Below, piece after piece: positions 16,132 through 25,872 of a stretch of 64,000 nucleotides of DNA; positions within the stretch are counted from its first letter, which is position 1, and every line of letters starts with the position of its first letter. The stretch is taken from positions 1 through 64,000 of IMG/VR virus record IMGVR_UViG_3300035698_031273, one strand, 5' to 3'. The translations under genes and the position numbers were made by a program. The notes under the pieces are model-generated. The model was not told the origin of the DNA, did no database searches, and saw nothing but the letters and a program-made list of their open reading frames with translations. This stretch comes from a virus.

Positions 16132-19083
16132 TTGTCAATTACACCTCCTAGAGAAGAGTATATAGCTACTAATGCTACTGTAGCCAAGACTCTAATTATA
16201 AGTGATATTCTTGCTTTACCCCCTCTTCGTCCAAAACAGAGTTTAAATCTTTTACAATTTGCTACTTTGGCTCAAGTAATAGCATCTGTACCACTAAATA
16301 ATTATGTTAAAAATGGACTAATAACAATAACTCCTTATACTCACACTCACGATGACAAGGCAGATGTAGGTCATTTACTTGCTTCTCATGGAGATACTAA
16401 TGTCACGGGGGCACAGCTTAATGTATTAGCTGGAGGAAGAACTTCTGATGCATCTGCCCTCCATATTCATACAGACACAACCACTTATATTAGTAATCAT
16501 ATAAGTAAAACAACTGATGTCCATGGTATTTCTAATACTTCTAATTTAGCATTTAAAAATCTTGATATAAGTCAATTTGATGGACTAAATTTTTCTACTC
16601 AACAATTGGATGTTGCTGTTTCTGCTTCTCATGATAAACTTCACATTATATCAAGTCATACAGATACTGAAGCTACTGGTTCTCAATTGGATAGATTGGT
16701 GGGAGGAGGAAATGTAGATCATTTACATACCCATGATTATTCTGTTGTTAGTCATAATGCTTTGCAAAATATTCAAGGTGGCACCACTGATGAATATTAT
16801 CATTTGACTAGTGATGACTATACAGAACTTTCACAATGGATAGATAGTGTTGTTTTATCTCCAGATGGAAGTCTTAATTTAGTAAATGGACGTTTATATT
16901 TTACCGCAGATAGATGTGCTACTATTTATTTTGACAATAATGAATTAGTATTTGATTTACCTTGTATTTCAATTGATGCTATTTTTGGTTTTTATGAAGA
17001 TGTAAGAATTAACACAGATAAAAGATTATATTTTGGTTCTAATAAAGAAACATTTTTCTATTTTGATGGAGATAATTTACTTTTTGATGTAAACAATCCT
17101 AGTGAAGTAGGCACTTTAATATTTAATATATTTCCTCAAACTCCTCAATCTGCTCCTTCATATGATTATGAAGTAGCTAATAAAAAATATGTAGATGACT
17201 CCACTTCTGGTGTAACAGTTAATCATAATGACACTTTAAATAAACAAGGAGGTCAGGTTGGAGAATACTATCATTTTAATGCAGCAGATTATACAGAATT
17301 AACAAATTGGTTAAACACAGTTACCTTATCTGTAGACGGAAGTCTTAACTTAGCAAATGGGAGTTTGTATTTTACTCCAGACAGATGTGCTTCTATTTAT
17401 TGGCAAAATGATGAATTAGTATTTGATCTACCTTGTGTTACAACAGAATCTCTTTTTAATTTTTATGGAGACATAAAACTAAATACGGATGATAGATTAT
17501 ATTTTGGTTCTAATAAAGAAACATTTTTCTATTATGATGGAGATAACTTAATTTTTGACGTAAGCAATCCTAGTGAATCAGGAACGTTAATATTTGATGT
17601 TTTTCCCCAGACTCCTCAGTCTGATCCTTCTTATGATTATGATGTTGCTAATAAACAATACGTAGATAGTGAAATAGTAGATATTAACCATAATGATACT
17701 TTAAATAAACAAGGTGGAGCAGCTAATGAATATTATCATTTAGATGCAGCAGATTATACTGAATTAACAAATTGGTTGCCTGATGTTATTCTATCCGCTG
17801 GAGGGGATGTAAATTTAAATACTGGGGATTTAACAGCGACAGATGTTACTATTATTAATGATTTAGAAGTATATTTAATGGCATCTCCTACTTATTCATT
17901 AATCAATATAAATACAAATTCTAGTGATACGGCTGTTATCTCAGGTTTCTTTGATAATTCTACTTATGTTGGAGCTACAGAAACAGCTTATCACCGTGCA
18001 ACTTTTAATCAGGTAGAAAACATTGCTACTGCAACTACAATTACTCAGTATTTGAGAGATGATGATATTGGTGTTTCTGGGAATATAGGAACTTTATTAG
18101 GAATTGCTCAGTTAGAATTATATGGTCATAATATAGATATTGATATAGACGTAAATCATATTGTTGCTAGGAATAGCGTTTATATTTGTAAAGGTGTTAA
18201 TATATCTATAGATTCTGGTGGGACAAAGTCAGGCCTGGCTGTCCCATTCTCTTATAGATGGGTTAAAGGAAATGAAGTAACGATAAATTCTTCTACTACT
18301 GTTGGGGTAGATCTCCCGGAATTTAACCATGGTTTTTCTTCTACTCTTTCAGGAAATTTAGGAACAACCTCTACAACAAAAAAAATAGGATATTACACTA
18401 CTATTTCTGGTACTGCTGACGAAAGTCATGGTATTTATATAGATGATGTTACTGGAGCCACAGCTAACTATGCAATAACTATTGATTCTGATACTATTGG
18501 CATATGGTTTGGAGATGATCAGGATTTTTCAATTTATTGTGATGGAACAGACCTTTTATTTGATAATCCAACAACAACAGGGGATTTTAAATTTAGCCGT
18601 TCAATTTATTTAACTGGTAGTTCTGTACTCTATTATAACGATACTAATACAGGTATATGGGAGGATGGGTCAAGTAACCTGACATTTAAGGATACGGTGG
18701 CAGGTACTTTAACTTTGGACGACATGGGTAAACAAAAAATAATTTATATTTCAAAAAAAGTGTTATATGGTGATCCTTCTATTCAAATAGAAAGTATTGA
18801 AGATGGTACTTGGGCAGTTGACGAAGCCATTATTAAATCAGTATCTATTGATACCGATTCAACAGATTGGAGTCTTACAATATATTGTGATACAGATGGG
18901 AGTAGCGGTATCTTTAGCAATATAATACTAGCAAGTCATTTAAGTGGGTCTCAGGCATTGGTATTAGACTTGCCTTATATAGACAATGAATCTTCACAAC
19001 AAATCCACTTGGTTTATGATGATAATACTGGAGATGCTTTAATAGCACATGTTTCTATTACTGGTGTTGCAGCCAGAGTCTAG
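16132..19083 (+). CDS. Tail-fibre-like virion structural protein with internal duplication
   Basis: HxH motifs; three HN.L..QGG...EYYH repeats; VANK.YVD fibre motifs. Confidence 0.65.
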   Translation: MSITPPREEYIATNATVAKTLIISDILALPPLRPKQSLNLLQFATLAQVIASVPLNNYVKNGLITITPYTHTHDDKADVGHLLASHGDTNVTGAQLNVLAGGRTSDASALHIHTDTTTYISNHISKTTDVHGISNTSNLAFKNLDISQFDGLNFSTQQLDVAVSASHDKLHIISSHTDTEATGSQLDRLVGGGNVDHLHTHDYSVVSHNALQNIQGGTTDEYYHLTSDDYTELSQWIDSVVLSPDGSLNLVNGRLYFTADRCATIYFDNNELVFDLPCISIDAIFGFYEDVRINTDKRLYFGSNKETFFYFDGDNLLFDVNNPSEVGTLIFNIFPQTPQSAPSYDYEVANKKYVDDSTSGVTVNHNDTLNKQGGQVGEYYHFNAADYTELTNWLNTVTLSVDGSLNLANGSLYFTPDRCASIYWQNDELVFDLPCVTTESLFNFYGDIKLNTDDRLYFGSNKETFFYYDGDNLIFDVSNPSESGTLIFDVFPQTPQSDPSYDYDVANKQYVDSEIVDINHNDTLNKQGGAANEYYHLDAADYTELTNWLPDVILSAGGDVNLNTGDLTATDVTIINDLEVYLMASPTYSLININTNSSDTAVISGFFDNSTYVGATETAYHRATFNQVENIATATTITQYLRDDDIGVSGNIGTLLGIAQLELYGHNIDIDIDVNHIVARNSVYICKGVNISIDSGGTKSGLAVPFSYRWVKGNEVTINSSTTVGVDLPEFNHGFSSTLSGNLGTTSTTKKIGYYTTISGTADESHGIYIDDVTGATANYAITIDSDTIGIWFGDDQDFSIYCDGTDLLFDNPTTTGDFKFSRSIYLTGSSVLYYNDTNTGIWEDGSSNLTFKDTVAGTLTLDDMGKQKIIYISKKVLYGDPSIQIESIEDGTWAVDEAIIKSVSIDTDSTDWSLTIYCDTDGSSGIFSNIILASHLSGSQALVLDLPYIDNESSQQIHLVYDDNTGDALIAHVSITGVAARV
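16750..17790 (+). repeat. Tandem ~155-aa module repeat inside the fibre gene (units start 16750, 17221, 17686)
   Basis: Near-identical peptides such as RLYFGSNKETFFY.DGDNL.FDV.NPSE.GTLIF..FPQTPQS.PSYDY. Confidence 0.85.
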
Positions 19084-19091
19084 GAGTTTTT

Positions 19092-19340
19092 ATGGCTAAT
19101 TTAACTATAACTGTACCAGATCAATATGTATCAGAATTACTGGAAGCTTTTAAGACAGTTTATCCAAAGATAGACACTAGTGATCCAAACAATATTATTA
19201 CTGTTGATTGTACTGATGTTGAGTGGACGAGATTAAAAATAATTGATTATATTAAAAAAGTATATTCAAAATATAAGAGGCAACAGGCTATCTCAACAGC
19301 TTTATCTGAAGTTTCTATACCGGAAGATTTAGCTGAGTAA
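19092..19340 (+). CDS. Hypothetical protein (possible fibre-associated chaperone)
   Basis: AGGAG RBS, directly after the fibre gene. Confidence 0.55.
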   Translation: MANLTITVPDQYVSELLEAFKTVYPKIDTSDPNNIITVDCTDVEWTRLKIIDYIKKVYSKYKRQQAISTALSEVSIPEDLAE

Positions 19341-19376
19341 AGGATTTTTAAGGTTATTTTATAATTTAAAGATAAT

Positions 19377-20435
19377 ATGAGTTGGTATAAAAAATCACAA
19401 TTTACAGAGGAAAATACGAGTGGAGTACAAGTTCCTACGATAACTGTCCAACCATATGAGCCTATTGTACAACAAGTAGTAGAAGAAATTAAGGAACAAA
19501 ATCCTTCTTTTTTCGTAGGGATAAATCAAATAGTTGTTGATCCTGGTTATTCCCAATTTGGATCTGTATCTAGTTCTAATCCTGCGGATATAAATATTAA
19601 TTTTAATAAAATAAAAGATGATTTTAGATATCAAATGGGTGTATCTTTCAATCCTTATAATGCTTATCATTTACAATTATTTAAAGATAGTATCAGGCGT
19701 ATCATAGTTCATGAAAAAGCACATGTATCGGACGCTCAACAGGCACAAGAAGGTTCTGAAATTCCTTTATCAGGAGAAGAATTATTTCCTGGAGGAGAAA
19801 GCGTGGCACAACAAGCAGAACAAAAATATTTCAACATGAGTAAGAAAATAGAAAAAAAATCTGTATCAAAGAAAAAATCCACACTAAAGAAAAAAATTAC
19901 ATTGAAGAAAAAACCCACACTTGATTATAAAAATCAAGATGTTCAAAATTTAAGTTTTGGAGACATACAGAGGTATACATTTGACTCATATAATATTAAA
20001 ATAACTTTAAGTAAAACTAAAAAACGTTATGCTGTAGCTTTAGTTGTTACCCATGCATATCTTGGGACTTTCGTTCTGAATATTTTTTGGTCATTTGGTT
20101 TGAACGAACAAGATAAAGCTAACAGTTTATTTAAGAAAGCTACAAAGATAATAAAAGAAGTAGTAAAGTATTTTATTGACAATGAGATGGTAACTTCTAC
20201 ATTCGTATCTTTTTTAAATAATAGATTAACTCCACTAAAGACACGAGAAATGATAAAAACTAATGTGCCTTTTATAAATTATTCTTATGATTTGGAGGTG
20301 GAACAGGATTGGAGAAGTAGTATTTATGGTAATAGGTATCAACAGGTTGTTGAACCAGAAGAAAGTTTTTCACAAGCAAAGGAAAAAAGTCCATATGATC
20401 CCAAGAATTATAATAAAGGAAGGTTTGATATATAA
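19377..20435 (+). CDS. Dispersed WY-leader protein: zincin-like domain, Lys-rich linker and second domain
   Basis: Starts MSWYKKSQ; IIVHEKAH (HExxH) and downstream GESVA. Confidence 0.65.
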   Translation: MSWYKKSQFTEENTSGVQVPTITVQPYEPIVQQVVEEIKEQNPSFFVGINQIVVDPGYSQFGSVSSSNPADININFNKIKDDFRYQMGVSFNPYNAYHLQLFKDSIRRIIVHEKAHVSDAQQAQEGSEIPLSGEELFPGGESVAQQAEQKYFNMSKKIEKKSVSKKKSTLKKKITLKKKPTLDYKNQDVQNLSFGDIQRYTFDSYNIKITLSKTKKRYAVALVVTHAYLGTFVLNIFWSFGLNEQDKANSLFKKATKIIKEVVKYFIDNEMVTSTFVSFLNNRLTPLKTREMIKTNVPFINYSYDLEVEQDWRSSIYGNRYQQVVEPEESFSQAKEKSPYDPKNYNKGRFDI

Positions 20436-20446
20436 GGGTTATATTT

Positions 20447-20878
20447 ATGAAAATTTATAGTACAAAAAAATTTGTAAAAAATGCTCAATTTAATAATTTG
20501 CCAGGAGATCCAAGTTATCCTCCTGGGATGCGTTCTAGGGATGTAGATCCTGGTTTTGAAAGTCCAGGCACCCCAATTAATATACAAGAAACTATTGATT
20601 TAAAAATATCAAGAGATTGGGATGATTATAAACAATGGTATACCATTGATAATGAGACTGGATTATTAGCGGGAAAGGCAGGAGTTAGTAATATTGATGT
20701 CAATTTAACATTTAAGGCGGAGGGACATAGAGAGAGTTCTGATAATTTCAATATAAACTTTAAAGTTAATAAAATTACATCTGATGCAGGGGACGATATT
20801 ACTAAATATGAGATACATGAGGGAGAGGAAGAAATTATTAGGAATAAACTAGAAGAGGTAATTAAATCTCTTTTATGA
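20447..20878 (+). CDS. Hypothetical protein with leader variant KFVKNAQ
   Basis: Intact 143-aa ORF. Confidence 0.55.
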   Translation: MKIYSTKKFVKNAQFNNLPGDPSYPPGMRSRDVDPGFESPGTPINIQETIDLKISRDWDDYKQWYTIDNETGLLAGKAGVSNIDVNLTFKAEGHRESSDNFNINFKVNKITSDAGDDITKYEIHEGEEEIIRNKLEEVIKSLL

Positions 20879-21130
20879 TACTAGTTGATTAATTCTCCAT
20901 ATTGCTGATATTATAGCTTGCCTTATGTTTGGCTCGTCGTAAACTAAAACAGAACCATTGGGATTTAGGATAGACCATCCTTTATCTTTTTCTTTTTTTA
21001 TTTTGTATCCTGGTGGGACACTTTTCAGAAAGATAGTTGGTTCTATTCCTTTTAACCCTTTTTCCAATAATTGATGTGTTGGAATTTCGTCTACAACTTG
21101 TGATATTAATAATTTAGCATACCATCCCAT
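20873..21130 (-). CDS. Dispersed WY-leader protein on the minus strand
   Basis: Starts MGWYAKLLISQ; preceded by the AAGG-N18-GAA motif. Confidence 0.55.
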   Translation of the reverse strand: MGWYAKLLISQVVDEIPTHQLLEKGLKGIEPTIFLKSVPPGYKIKKEKDKGWSILNPNGSVLVYDEPNIRQAIISAIWRINQLVS

Positions 21131-21145
21131 TTATATATTTTCAAT

Positions 21146-21184
21146 AAAAAAAGAGTCATTCCTTGTTGGGATAGGCTCTTTTTT
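21146..21184 (+). terminator. Terminator-like hairpin (A and T tracts on either side)
   Basis: AAAAAAAGAGTC...GGCTCTTTTTT. Confidence 0.55.
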
Positions 21185-21283
21185 AAAAATAAGGTTTTAA
21201 TGTGAAAAAATAACTGTCAAAATAACAATATATAGTTATGAATTGTCAAAATTGTCGATACAAAAAATAAATGGAGGTTAATT

Positions 21284-21628
21284 ATGATAGAAAAATCAGA
21301 TGGTATTGTTGGCAGAAAATTTTCTGAACAAGAAATAGCTAAATTGAAACAATCTATTCATGGCAAAATAGTTCCTTTTTACTTTGTTCCTTCTACAAAG
21401 TTATTAGAGATGTGTGCTTTAAATGAACATCCGAATATACAGGCTTTAGGAAAGAGTAGAGATCTGTTTCTAAAAGGAGAAACTTATCTCTTGCATCAGG
21501 ATATGATAATTAAATATTTAGAAGGTACGTTGGACGAGAGGAACACATGGTTGTTATCTATGGGGGAAATAAGAGTATACGGAGTTACAGATCCAATTGT
21601 TAAAAAGGACAATAATAATGCCAATTGA
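21284..21628 (+). CDS. Hypothetical protein
   Basis: GGAGG RBS; intact ORF. Confidence 0.6.
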   Translation: MIEKSDGIVGRKFSEQEIAKLKQSIHGKIVPFYFVPSTKLLEMCALNEHPNIQALGKSRDLFLKGETYLLHQDMIIKYLEGTLDERNTWLLSMGEIRVYGVTDPIVKKDNNNAN

Positions 21629-21941
21629 AAAAAAAACAAAGAAAATTAAAAGTAAAGTAGAAGATAATAAAGTAGAAGATAATAAAGTAGAAGATAATAA
21701 AGTAGAAGATAATAAAGTAGAAGATAATAAAGTAGAAGATAATAAAGTAGTATTATACAATGACATAGAAGGGAAATTTATACATATAAAAGTAGGAGAT
21801 GCAGCAAGCCCGGCTAATGGAGATGTTGTAGACGATATAGAGTATAAGATAAATAAATTATTTAATGATAATAATGTTGATTGTATTGCTTTTGTAACCC
21901 ATCACGCTGTAGAAATAAATTTAATTGAAAGATCTATTTAA
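21618..21941 (+). CDS. Hypothetical protein with (KVEDN)6 repeat
   Basis: Probable ATG start at 21618; intact ORF. Confidence 0.6.
   Translation: MPIEKKTKKIKSKVEDNKVEDNKVEDNKVEDNKVEDNKVEDNKVVLYNDIEGKFIHIKVGDAASPANGDVVDDIEYKINKLFNDNNVDCIAFVTHHAVEINLIERSI
21654..21750 (+). repeat. Perfect 15-bp tandem repeat AAAGTAGAAGATAAT x6 plus 7 bp
   Basis: Read directly from the sequence; in-frame. Confidence 0.95.
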
Positions 21942-21958
21942 AGATCGGCAGGTGAATA

Positions 21959-22357
21959 ATGAGTATTCTATTTAATAGTTTTACAGATTATTGGTATTTT
22001 GCAAAACATTTTAACGAGCAGCAAAGAACAGTATTTTTTAACAGTCTTCCTGTTAATCAACAAACGAAAATTAGAGACTCATATAGAACTGGTTCATGGG
22101 AAGATGTCTTTAAACGTAATCTTATACATAACTATTTAGAAGAAATGAAATCTAAGTATGGTTATGATTTACTATCAATAAAGCTCAAGGTATTACATGG
22201 GAAAAGTGTTTATCTACCCAAAGATTTTTGGGAAGAAGTTACTGACGAGTTAAGAAAATATGACTATAAGCATATTCAGTTTGTTTTAGGAGGTATAAAA
22301 AGTTATCCATGTCCAGCTAATAATAATATTGTTTTAATAGATAAGACACATGTTTAA
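21959..22357 (+). CDS. Hypothetical protein
   Basis: Intact 132-aa ORF in operon. Confidence 0.55.
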   Translation: MSILFNSFTDYWYFAKHFNEQQRTVFFNSLPVNQQTKIRDSYRTGSWEDVFKRNLIHNYLEEMKSKYGYDLLSIKLKVLHGKSVYLPKDFWEEVTDELRKYDYKHIQFVLGGIKSYPCPANNNIVLIDKTHV

Positions 22358-22386
22358 TTATAGTTTTTTTGGAGAACAATTTATAT

Positions 22387-23148
22387 ATGTCCAGAAAAAA
22401 AAGAAGTGCTGCCAGTTCAAATGGTAGTACAGATAGCGTGAATGGAGATACAAATTCTAATAAACATGAAAAAAATTCTACTAACAGATTAAAAAATAAA
22501 GTTATAATAAAAGCTAAAGATGAAACACAACGTTGTGCGATCAAGTCTATAGGTGAAAATCAAATAACTGTTTTGACTGGTATTGCCGGATCTGGCAAAA
22601 CATATATAGCAGTTTCTTGTGGTTTAAAGGAGTTTTTAAAGGGGAAATATGAAAGAATGATATTTACCAGACCATGTGTAGAAGCTAATGGGGAAAAATT
22701 AGGTTATTTACCGGGAGATTTTAACGAGAAAATTTCTCCCTATATGTTGCCTATTTTTAATATTTTAATGAAGTTTTTGTATAAAAAACACATTGATAAT
22801 TTAATTGCCGATGGAAAAATACTTACTCTTCCTTTGGCTTTTCAGAGGGGAATTAGTCTAGAGAATAGTTTTTGTGTATTAGACGAATCTCAGAATACAG
22901 TCACCTCTCAAATGAGAATGTTTCTTACTAGAATAAGTCAAGATAGTAAAATTGTAATTACTGGAGACTTAAGACAATCGGATATAAGGGGCAAAAATGG
23001 GTTACAGGACCTTTGTGATAGGATGGTTGGAGTAAATGGACTAGATATAATTGAATTAACAGAGCCAGTTAGACATCCTTTAATTGTAGAAATAGAAAAT
23101 AGGTATCAACAGAACGGCAAAGGATTTTTACTGGAAAAAATGAAATAA
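22387..23148 (+). CDS. phoH: PhoH-like ATPase
   Basis: GIAGSGKT Walker A, TRPCVEANGEKLGYLPG, LAFQRG, LDESQN, MFLTRI, ITGDLRQSD, VRHPL; start 22387 (ATG) or 22369. Confidence 0.95.
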   Translation: MSRKKRSAASSNGSTDSVNGDTNSNKHEKNSTNRLKNKVIIKAKDETQRCAIKSIGENQITVLTGIAGSGKTYIAVSCGLKEFLKGKYERMIFTRPCVEANGEKLGYLPGDFNEKISPYMLPIFNILMKFLYKKHIDNLIADGKILTLPLAFQRGISLENSFCVLDESQNTVTSQMRMFLTRISQDSKIVITGDLRQSDIRGKNGLQDLCDRMVGVNGLDIIELTEPVRHPLIVEIENRYQQNGKGFLLEKMK

Positions 23149-23193
23149 CTAAGTATGTATATAGTTTAGTTATTATGTAAGGAACATTTTACA

Positions 23194-25872
23194 ATGGGAA
23201 TTATAATTTCGTACCCAAAATCATTTAATTATTTGAAATATGTCAATTATTTGAAATATGTCAAAAAAGTTGCTATGGATTTTCCTCAAGAAACTGATGT
23301 TATGCCTCAAATGGAGGGTGGAATGGGTGGAATGGGTACTGGTGGCACTGGTATTGCTGAATTACCTCCTCAAGAGACTGATATAGAAAATCAAATGAAG
23401 GATTATATTATTAAGAATTTAGGTAATGAAAATCCTGATATTGTTGACCAATCTTGGTTAGAAGAAAAAAATAAAAAAATATTTATGATGATTGCTGATA
23501 ATATTGGTGTGGAGAAGAATAGAAAAAAAGAAGCAGCCGATTTAGTAAATAGAGTTATGTTTGCTCAAGAACCAGAGAAAGAATATTTACCAACAAATAT
23601 AGAGAAGTCTTTGAATTCATCAAGAGCAGAATTTAATATCTTTACCACAGATAAGCCTATTAAAAAAGTACTGAAGACAATATTAAGGAGAATAACTAAC
23701 TACTCACATAAAGATGAGGCAACAGTAGAAGATGCAATGTGGAACTCATCTCTTAGAGTGTTTTTAAATAAAGAAGATTATGATTATTTTAGAGGGATAG
23801 AATCTGGAAAAAAGACAAGAATAAAAGATGAAAGAATTGATTTTTTTACTTTTGATAAAAAAAATAGTGAAAAAGAAACTGTGTTTCGTAATCGTAGTTT
23901 ATTATCAGAAGAAATTAATAATAAATTTAAAAATAGAGAGGGTGAAATAATTGATATTAACACGGTATCAGAAGGTGATTTGTATGAATTATTGGCAAAT
24001 CAAGAGGTTGCTCCATTAGTGATAGAACACTTTAATAATCTTTTCAATAATAGAGACCCTTTTTTTATGGAAGCTCTTTTTCTTAATATAAACAATAAAA
24101 CTTGGACTTACCTTAATCATGGAGTGGGTGCAGATATCCAAGAAGATGAAGTACAAAAATCTCTAAATTTTAGAACAGAAGAAGGAAGTAGTGTAGCAGA
24201 GATGACTCCTGAAGAAGCGGGGCAAAGTAGAATGGAGCAAAGTAATTTAACGGAAGAAGGAAAAGAAGTAGCCCAGGAGAGAATTAATGAGGCGGTAAGA
24301 GACGTATATTTAGATGGAGAAAATGCAATCGTTCCTCGTGTAGCAGGTGTATCCAAAGTGGTGTATGATTTTATGTCAAAATCAGCATTAGATCTGTTAG
24401 ATAAAATAGATGAATTTTTGAGGGTGACAAATGATATGGGTAGAAAATCATCACTTGAATCTACTAAAAAAAGATTAGATAAGATGAAAGGAGATTATAT
24501 TTATAATAAGGATGATGTTAATCATTTGCAGCCTATAGATAAAAAAGCATCATTAGAAGCAATAGAAGGAATAGAAAAATTAGATAAAAGAAATTTGGAA
24601 TTAATACCTAATGACAAGAGTTACATGGGGTTGGGACCTTATGCTCTAAAAAACAGAGCATTAAAGATGTTAAGAAAGGCAGAACGACTTGATTTGTATA
24701 CTTCTTTATTTGCGACAAATATAAACGAGGTATTACAACCGGGAAATGCTACAACGAATGATAAAGGAGTTCTGCAATATAGAGCTAAAAATTTACCTAG
24801 ATATATAGGCTCAAAAGAACAAAAACAAGGACAAGGGGGCTCTTCTTTTAATATTCCTGATACATTAATATCTCAAAGAGAAATTGCTGTAGATTCTGAG
24901 ACGGGGGATCCATTGCCGACATATGAAGGTAATAAAGGTCCAAGCAAAACTTTTATGGATTGGGATCCTAATTTTAGTTCTATGGTTCCTCCTCTTCAAT
25001 TGGCAGCATATTTTAAAAGAATGGGTGAAGTAAAACAAGAAATAAAGAAAGCTATTCAATTATCAATTGGTAGTTCTGAACACAATATAGGACTGGAAGA
25101 TATAGTGCAAAGTGTTTTAAAACACACAGGAAACACTGTTTATAGTTTTTTAAAAGAAATAAAACCAAATGTTTCTCAAGATGATATTGAAAAATTTATC
25201 AAGACCACTTTTTATCAAAATAATGACTATATAAACTACATACAAGGTGAACCGTTTATAGATAGTGAAGGCAAGAAAAAAAGGGGGATAGCCTTTAAGA
25301 GCATTAAGCCCCAATGGTATATGGAACCAGAATATCAAGATTATGCTCTTAGTTTACTGGATCCTACTGGGTCTGGGGTTATAACAGAGCAGGACGCTCA
25401 AATTTTAAAAGTATTTTCTAATTTTATGAACATAAGAGGGGAATATACTGGCAAAGGAAAAAAGTCAGAGGTTGGAGAAAGAGGAGCTAATGTTTCTTTA
25501 ACTGGCTTGCCTCGTGCTTTCAATTATTACAGATCACGTAAAGAGTATATCCCAATGGAAATAGTTAGGCAGGTTACTAAATATTTAAAGCCAGACGAAA
25601 AAACATCTATTCTTGAAAAGGCTCACGCTTATAATCTTGCTTTATACAATCATACACAAGAAGAAAAGAAAAAAACAAAAAGCCATTCTTTAGAACAAAT
25701 TGTATATGCCTATGAATTAGCAGTAGATAATATATATAAGTTATCTAATTTAAGACAAGATATGAAAATGTTTAAACTATCTTCAGTAGTACACGAAACT
25801 ATTAACATTAAAATTAAGCAGATCAAGAGAGATTTTAGTAAATTAGTAAGTTTATATAATATCTATGAATAA
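23194..25872 (+). CDS. Large hypothetical protein (possible virion internal protein)
   Basis: 892-aa ORF; N-terminal 18-bp duplication giving NYLKYVNYLKYVKKVA. Confidence 0.55.
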   Translation: MGIIISYPKSFNYLKYVNYLKYVKKVAMDFPQETDVMPQMEGGMGGMGTGGTGIAELPPQETDIENQMKDYIIKNLGNENPDIVDQSWLEEKNKKIFMMIADNIGVEKNRKKEAADLVNRVMFAQEPEKEYLPTNIEKSLNSSRAEFNIFTTDKPIKKVLKTILRRITNYSHKDEATVEDAMWNSSLRVFLNKEDYDYFRGIESGKKTRIKDERIDFFTFDKKNSEKETVFRNRSLLSEEINNKFKNREGEIIDINTVSEGDLYELLANQEVAPLVIEHFNNLFNNRDPFFMEALFLNINNKTWTYLNHGVGADIQEDEVQKSLNFRTEEGSSVAEMTPEEAGQSRMEQSNLTEEGKEVAQERINEAVRDVYLDGENAIVPRVAGVSKVVYDFMSKSALDLLDKIDEFLRVTNDMGRKSSLESTKKRLDKMKGDYIYNKDDVNHLQPIDKKASLEAIEGIEKLDKRNLELIPNDKSYMGLGPYALKNRALKMLRKAERLDLYTSLFATNINEVLQPGNATTNDKGVLQYRAKNLPRYIGSKEQKQGQGGSSFNIPDTLISQREIAVDSETGDPLPTYEGNKGPSKTFMDWDPNFSSMVPPLQLAAYFKRMGEVKQEIKKAIQLSIGSSEHNIGLEDIVQSVLKHTGNTVYSFLKEIKPNVSQDDIEKFIKTTFYQNNDYINYIQGEPFIDSEGKKKRGIAFKSIKPQWYMEPEYQDYALSLLDPTGSGVITEQDAQILKVFSNFMNIRGEYTGKGKKSEVGERGANVSLTGLPRAFNYYRSRKEYIPMEIVRQVTKYLKPDEKTSILEKAHAYNLALYNHTQEEKKKTKSHSLEQIVYAYELAVDNIYKLSNLRQDMKMFKLSSVVHETINIKIKQIKRDFSKLVSLYNIYE
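23227..23262 (+). repeat. 18-bp tandem duplication AATTATTTGAAATATGTC x2
   Basis: Read directly from the sequence. Confidence 0.9.

Noticed and set aside
16750-17790. Fibre repeats as a DGR template/variable pair
   Set aside because: Both copies are in-frame coding, differences are not adenine-specific, and no reverse transcriptase is in the window
21554-21766. Minus-strand ORF with (TLLSS)n
   Set aside because: Antisense shadow of the 15-bp repeat
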